From Candidatus Rariloculaceae bacterium (GTDB lineage: Bacteria; Pseudomonadota; Gammaproteobacteria; Steroidobacterales; Rariloculaceae), in the NCBI GenBank assembly GCA_045561025.1, contig JBJKYM010000021.1:4312-68311 (forward strand): a stretch of DNA of 64,000 nucleotides. The letters are read 5' to 3'. Positions 1 to 9,874 of this stretch are shown here, piece by piece. Each line of letters begins with the position of its first letter. Position 1 is the stretch's first letter. A model generated the notes under the pieces. It worked only from the letters and a program-made list of their open reading frames with translations, had not been told where the DNA came from and searched no databases. A program made the translations under genes and the position numbers.

Positions 1-315
1 CAGCAGTTTCTCGATAGCGGGTTTGGGCCGTGCACCTACAGCCGTCTCTACAAGCTCGCCACCCTTGAACACCATCAGTGTCGGGATACTGCGTATGCCG
101 TATCGGCCCGCAACTTCGGGGTTCGCGTCGACGTCGAGCTTCATGACCTTGGCCTTGCCCTCGTAGTCGACCGCAATACTCTCGACGAGCGGTCCGACCA
201 TCTTGCAGGGTCCACACCACTCCGCCCAGAAATCGATGAGTACGGGCAATTCCGCCTGCAATACTTCTTCGTCGAAGTTGGCGTCGGTTGCCGCTAATGT
301 ATCCGTACCTGACAT
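1..315 (-). CDS. trxA: Thioredoxin (3' end runs off the window)
   Basis: Not in the ORF track. Manual translation from ATG 315: MSGTDTLAATDANFDEEVLQAELPVLIDFWAEWCGPCKMVGP...KLDVDANPEVAGRYGIRSIPTLMVFKGG. WCGPC active site; AAGGAG RBS upstream. Confidence 0.97.
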   Translation of the reverse strand, partial: MSGTDTLAATDANFDEEVLQAELPVLIDFWAEWCGPCKMVGPLVESIAVDYEGKAKVMKLDVDANPEVAGRYGIRSIPTLMVFKGGELVETAVGARPKPAIEKLL

Positions 316-471
316 GTTGTTCTCCTTGTTCGTGTTCTTCCGCAGCCTAGATGGGTGCATGATGGGCCGATTTCCAGCCCTTGTCGTCGTCAAAAATCGC
401 CCGATGGTCTAGACTCCTGCTCTGGACGGGAGTTCCCGACAAAAATCATCACTTTACAGGAGCGTTAGCGC

Positions 472-972
472 TTGCTCAGACTGTTCTTGCCGACCCTCGC
501 TTTACTTGTGGCCCCCGCGACGGCAGAGATTATCACGACTACGTTCGGCCAGGCCTACTCCTATGCCGAGGGCGACAGCGAGTTCGATGTCGCCTCTTAC
601 GAGGGCTCAGGCCCGGCGTTAGGCGCATCGCTGGGGCTACGTGTTAATCGCCTCGAGATAGAGCCCGTACTGATCGAGTTGCAGATGGGTGACACTATTT
701 CCCTGCGCACATTCTCGGTGCGTGCTTTCGGCCGCAACAACACATTTGTCGAGAGCGCGTCACTGACTCTCGAGTTTGAAGGCCCGGACGATCTCATCGA
801 TATGGACCTGTTCATGGTGGACGGTCACACGCTGCGTGCCGACCAGCCGGGAATCGGCCGCCTGTGGATTAATTCAATCGCGCCGCCGCTTCGCGGCGAA
901 CCATTCAGTCTGCCCGTTGTTATCGTGGTCAACGGCCAGCGGGCCATCCCGCAGCCGCCGTTCCTCTATTAA
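472..972 (+). CDS. Hypothetical exported protein
   Basis: 166 aa, TTG start after an AGGAG RBS, signal-peptide-like N-terminus (..LLVAPATA); no family recognised. Confidence 0.7.
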   Translation: MLRLFLPTLALLVAPATAEIITTTFGQAYSYAEGDSEFDVASYEGSGPALGASLGLRVNRLEIEPVLIELQMGDTISLRTFSVRAFGRNNTFVESASLTLEFEGPDDLIDMDLFMVDGHTLRADQPGIGRLWINSIAPPLRGEPFSLPVVIVVNGQRAIPQPPFLY

Positions 973-998
973 CGTACGCCCATTCTCAGGGACTCATC

Positions 999-2480
999 AT
1001 GAATAAAACCGTTGCCGCCATCGTTGTCCTCGTCGCTGTGGCCGTCATCGGCATTCCGCCGGTCATCGGCTCATTTACTGAACAACGCGTGATGGCGCAA
1101 GCCGAACGGGTGGGGTCAATGAGCGATGACACCTACAACTTTGAGGTCCTCGAATACGAGGGTGGCTGGTTTAGCAGCCGAGTCCGAGTTCAGGCGCGCC
1201 TGGGTGAGGACTACGTCCAGCAGATCGTAGACACGCTCAACGAGGAAGGCGACATGGCCGCTGCGATGACCGCAATGATGGTGCAGTCGTTCCTCGGTAA
1301 GTCGATGCCGCTCGAAATCGAGCTGGGTCATGGTCCGGCGATGTTTACGGATGGCCCGCAATTCGGCGTGCTGAGCGCAGTGATTCGAATAGACCCCGAG
1401 ACCGAAGGTCTGGACGAGTTACTCGAAACTCTCGGTGTTCCGTATATTTTCGAAGTGCGAACGCTCACCGGCGTCACCGGTGCATCCAGATTTACCGGCG
1501 ACGTACCGCCGATGGAGATCGCCGACGACGATGCCGAGATCAGCTTCTCCGGTTTCTACGTCGAGGGCGGCTATGATTTTCGGTCGCGACAGATCGACTC
1601 GGTGGGTACGGTCGACTTTCTTCGCGCCAACGCTCCCGGGATCGGTGGCGCCGCGATTGAAAATTTGTCGTTCTCGGCCGACGTCACGGGTCACTCATCG
1701 ATACTCTGGCTCGGCGAGATCGCGACGACGCTCGGTAACGTCACTATCGACGGCATTACGCGTCATGGCCCGTTCGATCTGACCATGACCAACGCCGGCG
1801 CCAGCTTCGATACCGCACTTAACGACAGCGGTGAACTCGTCACGATCGAAGGAGGCTATTTCATCGATTCACTGACAGGGACCGATGGACTCGACCTTAC
1901 CGAGGCGAGCTTCGATCTCGGCCTGCGCGATTTCTCGCGCGAGGCGCTGGAGGAGTACTACGCCTATAGCCGGCTCGTCGCGAACGACCCGCGAACAGCA
2001 CCGCCGCTGATCCCCGGCATCCAGGACATGCTCTATCACACGCTTGCGACCGCTCCGACGATTCAGATCGGCCCGGCAACGATGCTTTGGCAGGGCGAGC
2101 CTTTCGAAGCGGATCTGCGAATTGATGTCGACAACAGCGTTCTGCCGCCCCAAGACGAGTTCAGCATGCTCGATATCCGCACGATAACGAGCGCGATAAC
2201 CGTCACGGGATACACCGACATGTCGGAAGATATTGCCGAAGCACTCGCTGCGGAGTCGATGAAGTACCAGCTCCGCCAGGGGGCCGCCCAATCCGGCAAC
2301 CAGATTCCCGAGGCCGATCTGGATAGGCTGGCGGACTCGCAGTCCATTGGCATGCTGCTCGGCCTGGTCGCGCAGGGCATCCTCGTCGAGTCGGATACCG
2401 GCTATCGCAGCGACCTGCTGTTCGAGAACCGCGAGCTGACGATCAACGGAACCGTGTTTCCAACCGGTTTGCCGCTCTAG
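999..2480 (+). CDS. YdgA/DUF945 family protein
   Basis: 493 aa, N-terminal anchor, YEGGWFSS and HGP motifs, C-terminal LTING typical of YdgA. Confidence 0.85.
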   Translation: MNKTVAAIVVLVAVAVIGIPPVIGSFTEQRVMAQAERVGSMSDDTYNFEVLEYEGGWFSSRVRVQARLGEDYVQQIVDTLNEEGDMAAAMTAMMVQSFLGKSMPLEIELGHGPAMFTDGPQFGVLSAVIRIDPETEGLDELLETLGVPYIFEVRTLTGVTGASRFTGDVPPMEIADDDAEISFSGFYVEGGYDFRSRQIDSVGTVDFLRANAPGIGGAAIENLSFSADVTGHSSILWLGEIATTLGNVTIDGITRHGPFDLTMTNAGASFDTALNDSGELVTIEGGYFIDSLTGTDGLDLTEASFDLGLRDFSREALEEYYAYSRLVANDPRTAPPLIPGIQDMLYHTLATAPTIQIGPATMLWQGEPFEADLRIDVDNSVLPPQDEFSMLDIRTITSAITVTGYTDMSEDIAEALAAESMKYQLRQGAAQSGNQIPEADLDRLADSQSIGMLLGLVAQGILVESDTGYRSDLLFENRELTINGTVFPTGLPL

Positions 2481-2677
2481 CCACGCCCGGGCGGGCCGCA
2501 ATAACCCGTACTACCGGCGATCTGGGTCATCGTTCCCAGATTGCTGCCTGCGACTTTACATAATAGCTCGCAGGCTATCTCGGTGGCGTGGACTGCGAAA
2601 AACCTCACGCTCCAGCAAGCCTTTCCCAAATAGACTGGGCAGCTCTATGGAAAGCGAAGGAACAACCGCATAAAAGC

Positions 2678-3415
2678 ATGTCCGACACCGCCAGAAACGC
2701 CGAGATAGTCAAACAGTTCGAGGAGCAGGACCGGGAAGCCCGGTCGGAACACGTCTCTATGGACACGGGCGGCACACCTCGCAGCGAGGCCGAAATCACC
2801 ACCGCTGTCGAGCTCAAAACACCCAGCGAAGTAGTTCGCTTTGCCAACCGCCTGCACGGAACACGGTTTCTTTACGAGTTCTACGACGAGGGCTACCTGA
2901 AGATTCGCAAGCGGAAGAAAAACGTCCTTAAGGAAGAGTTCTATCTGACACTGCGCTTCCTGGATCCTGCGGCTAAAGTCACCCGCGTGATTGCGAGACG
3001 CTGCATGTACTTCGCGGCCGCGCTCCTCAGCGCAGGTCTCGTGACGACTGTAATCGACGCAATCATGCCCTACGACCAGATCTTCCGTTCGGCAACGATT
3101 CTGCTCTGCTGCGGCTCCGCTATTTCATTCATGCTGTTTCTTTACTTGTCACACGAACGAACGCATTTCTACTCCACCACAGGGGAATGCGAAGTCCTCA
3201 AGCTCATGGGCTCGGTCGAGTCGTTTCGTAGCTGCCGCGTGCTCGCTCCGAAGATTACCAAGGCGTTCGAAGCTGCTCAGTCCGACAACGTCAGTGATCA
3301 CAGCGTCTATCTCCGCGAGGAGATGCACGAGCATTACCGGCTGCAAAGAGCCGGAGCCATCTCGGAAGAGGCCTGTAGCGCTGCAACGAAGAGAATTCTC
3401 GGCAAGTTCGAGTAA
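2678..3415 (+). CDS. Hypothetical membrane protein
   Basis: ORF 2588-3415 (ATG 2678 is the more likely start); two hydrophobic helices; C-terminal LREEMHEHYRL. Confidence 0.75.
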   Translation: MSDTARNAEIVKQFEEQDREARSEHVSMDTGGTPRSEAEITTAVELKTPSEVVRFANRLHGTRFLYEFYDEGYLKIRKRKKNVLKEEFYLTLRFLDPAAKVTRVIARRCMYFAAALLSAGLVTTVIDAIMPYDQIFRSATILLCCGSAISFMLFLYLSHERTHFYSTTGECEVLKLMGSVESFRSCRVLAPKITKAFEAAQSDNVSDHSVYLREEMHEHYRLQRAGAISEEACSAATKRILGKFE

Positions 3416-3430
3416 GCTCGCAGGATATAC

Positions 3431-4483
3431 TTGCCGTCGATGGCGGCCCCTTCCACTCCAGACAGCAACGCAATTGCCGCCCTCAGGCTGGGCGAGGCAT
3501 CGTTCGAGTCATTTCCGACGGGTCTGATCAACGAGAGCTGGCTGGTCGTCCTGCCCGACGGCGAGCGGCGCGTACTGCAGCGCCTGAGCCCAATCTTCCC
3601 GGCAACGATCAACGACGACATCGACGCGGTGACAAGGCATCTCGAAAATCACGGGATGCTGACGCCACGACCGATCCCGGCACCCGACGGCGCACTCGCG
3701 ATCAGTATCGACGACCGCATCTGGAGGCAACTGACGTACATCCCGGGAAGAACCTTCGACGCGCTGAAGAATACTCAGCAGGCGGCTGAGGCTGGCGCAC
3801 TACTCGGTCGCTTCCACGCCGCTGTCGACGGGCTCGATTACCACTTCGCGAACCCACGTCTGGGAGTTCATGACACGGTAGCGCATCTATCCGATCTCGG
3901 CACAGCACTGAAGAAGCATGCCGAGCATGTCGAATTCTCGCGCATCGAAGCGCTCACGACCGAAATCTTCGAACTGGCGAACCGGCTACCGAACCTGGAT
4001 GAGCAGCCTGATCGCATCGTGCATGGCGACCCGAAGATCTCCAATATAGTGTTCTCGGACAATACCGGCGAGGCGAAGTGTCTGATCGATCTCGACACGC
4101 TGGGGCGAATGCCGGTCGTGCTGGAACTCGGCGATGCATTCCGCTCCTGGTGCAACCCGGCCGCCGAAGACGAGCCCGGCGCCGAGTTCTCGCTGTTGAT
4201 TTTTCACAGCGCAATCGCAGGCTACGCCGGCGAGACCAGCACTCTGCTCAGCGAGAGTGAGTGGTGCAAGATACCGGCGGCAACATTCACGATCACAGTC
4301 GAACTGGCAGCGCGTTTCTGCACCGACGCACTGAATGAAAGCTATTTTGGCTGGGACCCGACGCGCTTTCACAGCGCGAGCCGCCACAACCAGGCCCGCG
4401 CCCGCAGTCAGATCAATCTGGCGAACAGCATCGGCGATCACCGCGAACAAATCGAGACCGAGGTCAGGGCGGCGTTCACATAA
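3431..4483 (+). CDS. APH/choline kinase-like phosphotransferase family protein
   Basis: GLINESW, HGDPKISN (Brenner-type motif) and IDLDT motifs. Confidence 0.88.
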   Translation: MPSMAAPSTPDSNAIAALRLGEASFESFPTGLINESWLVVLPDGERRVLQRLSPIFPATINDDIDAVTRHLENHGMLTPRPIPAPDGALAISIDDRIWRQLTYIPGRTFDALKNTQQAAEAGALLGRFHAAVDGLDYHFANPRLGVHDTVAHLSDLGTALKKHAEHVEFSRIEALTTEIFELANRLPNLDEQPDRIVHGDPKISNIVFSDNTGEAKCLIDLDTLGRMPVVLELGDAFRSWCNPAAEDEPGAEFSLLIFHSAIAGYAGETSTLLSESEWCKIPAATFTITVELAARFCTDALNESYFGWDPTRFHSASRHNQARARSQINLANSIGDHREQIETEVRAAFT

Positions 4484-4586
4484 ACTGGGGCCGGCTCGGC
4501 AGACGACGCCGGCGGTGACACGCCCGTGACACAACGCTTCGCGGGACATTTACCCTTGGACGCTGGAATACACCTGTGAGCCACGA

Positions 4587-5921
4587 ATGCTCGAAGATCT
4601 CAGCGTTGTCGGAATCTCCTGGCGCCAGAACGGCAGCGAAGGGCTGGAACGCTATGCGCTGTCGGAGGATGGGCTCGCCGAAACGCTGCGCGAGTTCGCC
4701 GACCGTGCCGGCCTGGCGGAGCTCGCCTATCTTGCGACCTGCAATCGCGTCGAGTTGATCTTCGCCCGAACCGCAGCGACGCCGAGCCGCGATCTCCGCC
4801 CGCTCGTCTATGAACTCCTGACGGGAGGACCAGCGGCACCCGGCTTCGCGGAACGAGCGCTTAGAGCATGGCAGGGCGAAGGCGCCTGCGAGCACCTGTT
4901 CCTCGTCGTAGCCGGACTTGATTCGGCTGCCGTTGGCGAAGTCGAGATCGCCGGCCAGGTCCGTCAGTGTCATGAGCTCGCGCTCGAATCTGGTCTCAGC
5001 GGACCGCGCCTCGAGTTGCTGTTCGAGGAAGCATTGAAGATAGCTGCACTCGTCCGGGGCGAGACCGGTGTCGGCACCGGCCGCGTCTCCCTGGCCGAGG
5101 TCGCGGTCAAGTATATTCGCGAGCGTGTCTCGCGCACTCCCGGCACAACCGCCCTGATCGGCGTCTCACCGATGACCGAGCGCGCCGCACAATCGTTGAG
5201 TAAGACGAATACGCCATTACTCTTCGTCAACCGCTCGACCGACAAAGCTGCGGAACGTGCCGAAGCTTACGGAGCCGAGCACCTTTCGCTCGAGGAATTC
5301 AGGAACGATCCACCCGCGATCGAGGCGCTGCTGTCATCGACCGGAGCGAAAGATATTCTGATCGGCTCGTCCGTCCTCGAGCGCCTCGCGGCACGGACAC
5401 CGTCAGGCCAGCCGCCGCTACTTGTCGACATGGCGATACCCGCCGACATCGACAGCGAAGCCTGCGAACGGCTCGGAATAGAACGCATCGGCATGGATCA
5501 GATAACACTCGAGGCCGAGCAAAACCGGGAGGCACGCTTGCTCGAGGTGGCGCAGGCACGTGAACTCGTCGACGACGCTTTGCTACGGCTGCACGACCGC
5601 TTCGCCGAGCGTGTCTACGGGCCGCTATTCGGCGCGCTACAGCAGCGTTACCGACACACAGCACAGGAAGGCGTAAAGCGTCTGCTCAAGAAAGAACTCA
5701 GCGGTCTCGGCGACGAAGAACGCGCTGCGATCGAAAAATGGTCCGAAGTACTCGCGCGCCGTTTTGCGCATATTCCCTCTCTCGGCCTGCGCGGTCTCCT
5801 CTATAACGGCCCGGACGGTGCTCTCGATGCCTTCCTGGACGGTCTCGACCCGGAGTTTGCCGACGAGTTACGCCAAGCGCTGGATCAGGCGGCAACGCCG
5901 AAACGAGCGGCCGACCGATGA
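4587..5921 (+). CDS. hemA: Glutamyl-tRNA reductase
   Basis: LATCNRVE catalytic Cys motif, GLDS..VGE.EIAGQVR, DMAIPADI; first gene of the hem operon. Confidence 0.95.
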   Translation: MLEDLSVVGISWRQNGSEGLERYALSEDGLAETLREFADRAGLAELAYLATCNRVELIFARTAATPSRDLRPLVYELLTGGPAAPGFAERALRAWQGEGACEHLFLVVAGLDSAAVGEVEIAGQVRQCHELALESGLSGPRLELLFEEALKIAALVRGETGVGTGRVSLAEVAVKYIRERVSRTPGTTALIGVSPMTERAAQSLSKTNTPLLFVNRSTDKAAERAEAYGAEHLSLEEFRNDPPAIEALLSSTGAKDILIGSSVLERLAARTPSGQPPLLVDMAIPADIDSEACERLGIERIGMDQITLEAEQNREARLLEVAQARELVDDALLRLHDRFAERVYGPLFGALQQRYRHTAQEGVKRLLKKELSGLGDEERAAIEKWSEVLARRFAHIPSLGLRGLLYNGPDGALDAFLDGLDPEFADELRQALDQAATPKRAADR

Positions 5922-6835
5922 AGATACGTATCGGCACACGCGGTTCGCATCTTGCGCGGACGCAGGCGACCACGGTCGCGGGCGAGCTCGCAGAGCTGGG
6001 CCACGAGGCGGAACTCGTCATCATCAGCACCGCCGGCGACCAATCCAGCGCGCCGAGCTTCGGCGCGATCGGGCCGACAGGTGTGTTTGTGCGTGAGATC
6101 GAGCAGGCGCTGCTCGAAGAAACGGTGGACATCGCCGTTCACTCGTTCAAGGACCTGCCAACCGAATCACCGCCTGAACTCAAGCTCGCCGCGATACCGC
6201 GGCGCGAGGATGCCGCCGACGCGCTTGTCATGACGAGCGAAGCTGCCAGCGAGACTGTCGGCAGTATCCCGATCAGGAACGGCGCACGCGTCGGCACAGC
6301 TTCCGCACGGCGCCAGGCATGGCTCAAACACCTGCGACCGGATCTCATCGTCGAGCCGATACGCGGTAACGTTCCGACGCGTATCGGCCGGCTACATGAG
6401 GGTTTCGACGGGATCGTTCTCGCGGCCGCGGGCCTCGATCGTCTGCAGAACTCGAAGCTCGACGACGCGCCGGAACTCGGTCTCGACGACCGCATCGTAG
6501 CCCGGCTCGATCCCGCCGTCTTTATTCCGGCGCCGGCACAGGGTGCGCTGGCACTGCAGTGTCGCGCCGCGGACCGCGACATCGTCAACGCACTAAGCAT
6601 CCTGGCCCATAGCACGACGCAGCTCAGTGTCGCGGTTGAGCGGGCACTACTGGCGCGCGTTGAAGGCGGCTGCGATCTCGCATTCGGTGCCTGGTGCCAC
6701 GAAGACAGCAAACTGGACGGCAGCCTCGAGCTGATCGCGATGCTCGAACACGACGGCGAACTCGTCGCCGCCAGATCACATGGCAAAGATCCGCGTGCGC
6801 TCGTCACGATGGCATGGGAAGAGTTGCAAAGCTGA
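5918..6835 (+). CDS. hemC: Hydroxymethylbilane synthase
   Basis: IGTRGSHLA, VHSFKDLP, GTASARR, RGNVPTR, GGC cofactor Cys; ATGA overlap with hemA. Confidence 0.97.
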   Translation: MKIRIGTRGSHLARTQATTVAGELAELGHEAELVIISTAGDQSSAPSFGAIGPTGVFVREIEQALLEETVDIAVHSFKDLPTESPPELKLAAIPRREDAADALVMTSEAASETVGSIPIRNGARVGTASARRQAWLKHLRPDLIVEPIRGNVPTRIGRLHEGFDGIVLAAAGLDRLQNSKLDDAPELGLDDRIVARLDPAVFIPAPAQGALALQCRAADRDIVNALSILAHSTTQLSVAVERALLARVEGGCDLAFGAWCHEDSKLDGSLELIAMLEHDGELVAARSHGKDPRALVTMAWEELQS

Positions 6836-7569
6836 TGAGTTCACTCGCAGGACACAGCATCTTGATTACACGTAGCGCCGACGACTGCGACGAGTGGGCA
6901 CTCGCGCTGGAAGACGAAGGCGCGACCGTCGTCGTACTGCCGTGCATACATATTGAGCGGATCGACACCGAGTCGCTCCGTCAAGAAATCGCTGTAGAAC
7001 TACCACAGGCGGATTGGCTCGTGTTCACATCGCGGCGCGGCATCGACGCATTCGCCGCTCTGCACGCCGAGGCGTTGCCCAGTTTCGTCAACATTGCCGT
7101 TGTCGGGCCGGCGACGGCGGACGCGGCGGTCGTCGCGTTCGGCCGAGCGGATCTCGTCAGCGAGATGGGTACGGCTGCCTCACTGGCTCAGGCGCTGGAA
7201 GCGCGTATCACCGAGCAGCCGATGCGGGTGCTGATAGCCGTCGCCGAGAACGCCGGAGATACAATCGAAGAGACGCTGCGCGAGGCCGGCGCAACCTGTA
7301 CGCGGATTGACGTGTATCGTACCGTTCCAGCGGCCGAGCTCAGAAGAAAGGAACCGCTATCGTCATTCGACGCGGACAATATTTTCTTTGCGAGTCCCTC
7401 GGCGGTGAGGGGCTTCGTCAATCAGGTCGAGCTCGACACCGAAGCAGCGATTTTTACTATCGGCCCGACGACGACCGAAGCCGTGCTGGAGGAAGACCTG
7501 GACCTCACCGACCAGGCGAAGAATCCCGGGCTCGATGGATTAATGGAGGCACTGCGATGCGCGAACTGA
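6835..7569 (+). CDS. hemD: Uroporphyrinogen-III synthase
   Basis: Start at the TGATG overlap (6835); ILITR, FTS, VGPATA, VYRT, FASPSAV, IGPTT motifs. Confidence 0.93.
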   Translation: MSSLAGHSILITRSADDCDEWALALEDEGATVVVLPCIHIERIDTESLRQEIAVELPQADWLVFTSRRGIDAFAALHAEALPSFVNIAVVGPATADAAVVAFGRADLVSEMGTAASLAQALEARITEQPMRVLIAVAENAGDTIEETLREAGATCTRIDVYRTVPAAELRRKEPLSSFDADNIFFASPSAVRGFVNQVELDTEAAIFTIGPTTTEAVLEEDLDLTDQAKNPGLDGLMEALRCAN

Positions 7570-8561
7570 ATGTAACCACGCCGGGACGCGTTCGGCCGCG
7601 TCGTCTGCGCCGGACGAGCGCGCTGCGCGACCTGGTCGCGGAGACGCATATCTCTCCGTCGCAATTCATCGTGCCCCGGTTTGTCCTTCCCGCAGAAAAC
7701 GCTGACGAGCCGATCCCATCGCTGCCCGGACTGTCACAGGTCGGACGAGACAATCTTGTTGCCGACGTCGCCGCCGATCTCGAACTCGGGATACGCGCGG
7801 TCCTGTTATTCGGTCACCCCGAAGACGACGCGACGAAAACAGCGGATGGCGAACTCGCCTGGGACCCCAACGGTGCGGTGCAGCTTGCTGTCGCACGTCT
7901 GAAGGCCGAGTTCGGCGACGATCTGATCGTCATGACCGACGTCTGCCTCTGTGCGTATACCGATCACGGCCACTGCGGGCTCGTCGATGGAACGCGCGTC
8001 CTCAATGACGAGTCACTGGATCCCATCGTGCGCACCGCGCTAAGCCACGCGGATGCTGGTGCCGACATCGTTGCCCCGTCCGACATGATGGACGGACGCA
8101 TCGCAGCGATCCGCGACGGTCTCGACGATCAGGGCCACAGCGATGTCGCGTTACTCGCCTATGCGGTGAAGTACGCTTCCGCCTACTACGGACCGTTTCG
8201 CGATGCCGCGGATTCCTCACCTCAGCAGGGCGACCGGCAGAGTTACCAGATGGACGCACGCAATGGGCTCGAAGCGCTGCGCGAAGCGGACCTCGATGAA
8301 TCCGAGGGCGCTGACATGATCATGGTGAAGCCGGCGCTGGCCTATCTCGACGTCATCCAGGCGGTACGCAGTACGACGACGTTGCCGCTGTCGGCCTATA
8401 ACGTCTCCGGCGAATACGCGATGGTCAAGGCAGCGGCGGCCAACGGCTGGATCGACGAGGCGCGTGTCGTTCGCGAAAACCTGTACGCAATTCGCCGCGC
8501 CGGAGCCGACCAGATCATCACTTATCATGCCCGCGACGCGATCAAGGGCGGTTGGCTGTGA
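7557..8561 (+). CDS. hemB: Porphobilinogen synthase
   Basis: RPRRLR, DVCLCAYTDHGHCG (Zn site), APSDMMDGRI, MVKPA, YNVSGEY. Confidence 0.98.
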   Translation: MRELNVTTPGRVRPRRLRRTSALRDLVAETHISPSQFIVPRFVLPAENADEPIPSLPGLSQVGRDNLVADVAADLELGIRAVLLFGHPEDDATKTADGELAWDPNGAVQLAVARLKAEFGDDLIVMTDVCLCAYTDHGHCGLVDGTRVLNDESLDPIVRTALSHADAGADIVAPSDMMDGRIAAIRDGLDDQGHSDVALLAYAVKYASAYYGPFRDAADSSPQQGDRQSYQMDARNGLEALREADLDESEGADMIMVKPALAYLDVIQAVRSTTTLPLSAYNVSGEYAMVKAAAANGWIDEARVVRENLYAIRRAGADQIITYHARDAIKGGWL

Positions 8562-9874
8562 CCAAAAGCTCCGAAGACTGGTTTGAGAAAGCGCAGAAAG
8601 TCCTGCCGGGCGGTGTGAGTTCGCCGGTGCGCGCCTATGGCGCAGTCGGCGGTACCCCACGCGTGATCGCTGCTGCCAAAGGCGCCGAGATCACCGATGT
8701 CGACGGCAACACCTATCTGGACTTCGTCGGCTCCTGGGGACCGTTGATCCTCGGTCATGCGCACCCGGACGTCGTCAAAGCCGTTACCCGGGCTTCTAAA
8801 CAGGGCATGTCCTATGGCGCACCCTGCCGTGCCGAGATCAAGCTGGCGGAACGGGTTGTTGACGCCTACCCCGGGATCGAACAGGTACGCTTCGTATCGT
8901 CGGGTACCGAAGCCGTCATGAGCGCGGTACGTCTGGCTCGCGGCGCGACCGGTCGTGATCTGATCGTGAAGTTCTCCGGTTGCTATCACGGGCACATGGA
9001 CTCGCTGCTCGTCGCAGCGGGCTCCGGTCTTGCAACGTTCGGCCGACCTTCATCCGACGGCGTTCCCGAGAACTTCACCAATCTCACGAGAGTACTGAAG
9101 CTCGACGATGACGAAGGGCTCATCGATCTGTTCCGTACCGAGGGTGCTCGCATCGCGGCCGTCATCATCGAACCTATTCCGGCGAACAACGGCCTGCTGG
9201 TACAACGACCGGATTTTCTTCAGCTTCTTCGTGACCAATGCAGCGAACACGGCGCGCTGCTGATCTTCGATGAGGTCATTTCGGGCTTCCGTATCGGCAA
9301 AGGCGGGGCGGCGGATTATTACGGCATCACGCCCGACATCGCGACGTTCGGCAAAGTCATCGGCGGCGGTATGCCGGTAGGCGCATTCGCATCGACGCGT
9401 GAAATCATGCAGCATCTTGCTCCCCTCGGCGGCGTTTACCAGGCGGGTACGCTATCGGGCAACCCGGTCGCGATGACCGCGGGCCTCGAAACGCTAAAAA
9501 TCATGAGTAAAGACGACGGCTGGGCGCAGCTCGATGCACGCGGCCAGTATCTGGAGATTCTGCTGAACCCGCTTCTGGAGAACGCCGCGATCGACGCGAC
9601 ACTTTCACGAGTCGGTTCGATGTTCTGGATCGCCCTGCACGCCAACACTCCACCGCGTTGTGCAGAAGCAATTTCAGCCCAGGCGGGCGAAACCTACGCG
9701 GGAATATTCCACGCCCTGCTCGCGCGCGGTATCGCGCTTGCGCCCTCAGCGTACGAGATCGGCTTTATCTCGATGGCGCACAGCCGCGACGACCTCGACC
9801 AGCTGGCCGCTACGCTCGGCCATGTATTGAACGACGTAACACCGACCGATTCCGGAGAGACCCATGATCCTTAA
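8558..9874 (+). CDS. hemL: Glutamate-1-semialdehyde 2,1-aminomutase
   Basis: PGGVSSPVRA, SSGTEA, GCYHGH, FDEVISGFR, FGKVIGGGMPVGA, YQAGTLSGNP; GTGA overlap with hemB. Confidence 0.98.
   Translation: MTKSSEDWFEKAQKVLPGGVSSPVRAYGAVGGTPRVIAAAKGAEITDVDGNTYLDFVGSWGPLILGHAHPDVVKAVTRASKQGMSYGAPCRAEIKLAERVVDAYPGIEQVRFVSSGTEAVMSAVRLARGATGRDLIVKFSGCYHGHMDSLLVAAGSGLATFGRPSSDGVPENFTNLTRVLKLDDDEGLIDLFRTEGARIAAVIIEPIPANNGLLVQRPDFLQLLRDQCSEHGALLIFDEVISGFRIGKGGAADYYGITPDIATFGKVIGGGMPVGAFASTREIMQHLAPLGGVYQAGTLSGNPVAMTAGLETLKIMSKDDGWAQLDARGQYLEILLNPLLENAAIDATLSRVGSMFWIALHANTPPRCAEAISAQAGETYAGIFHALLARGIALAPSAYEIGFISMAHSRDDLDQLAATLGHVLNDVTPTDSGETHDP

Noticed and set aside
3431-4483. Aminoglycoside resistance kinase
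   Set aside because: Only the general APH-fold motifs are present, in a housekeeping context with no mobile element.
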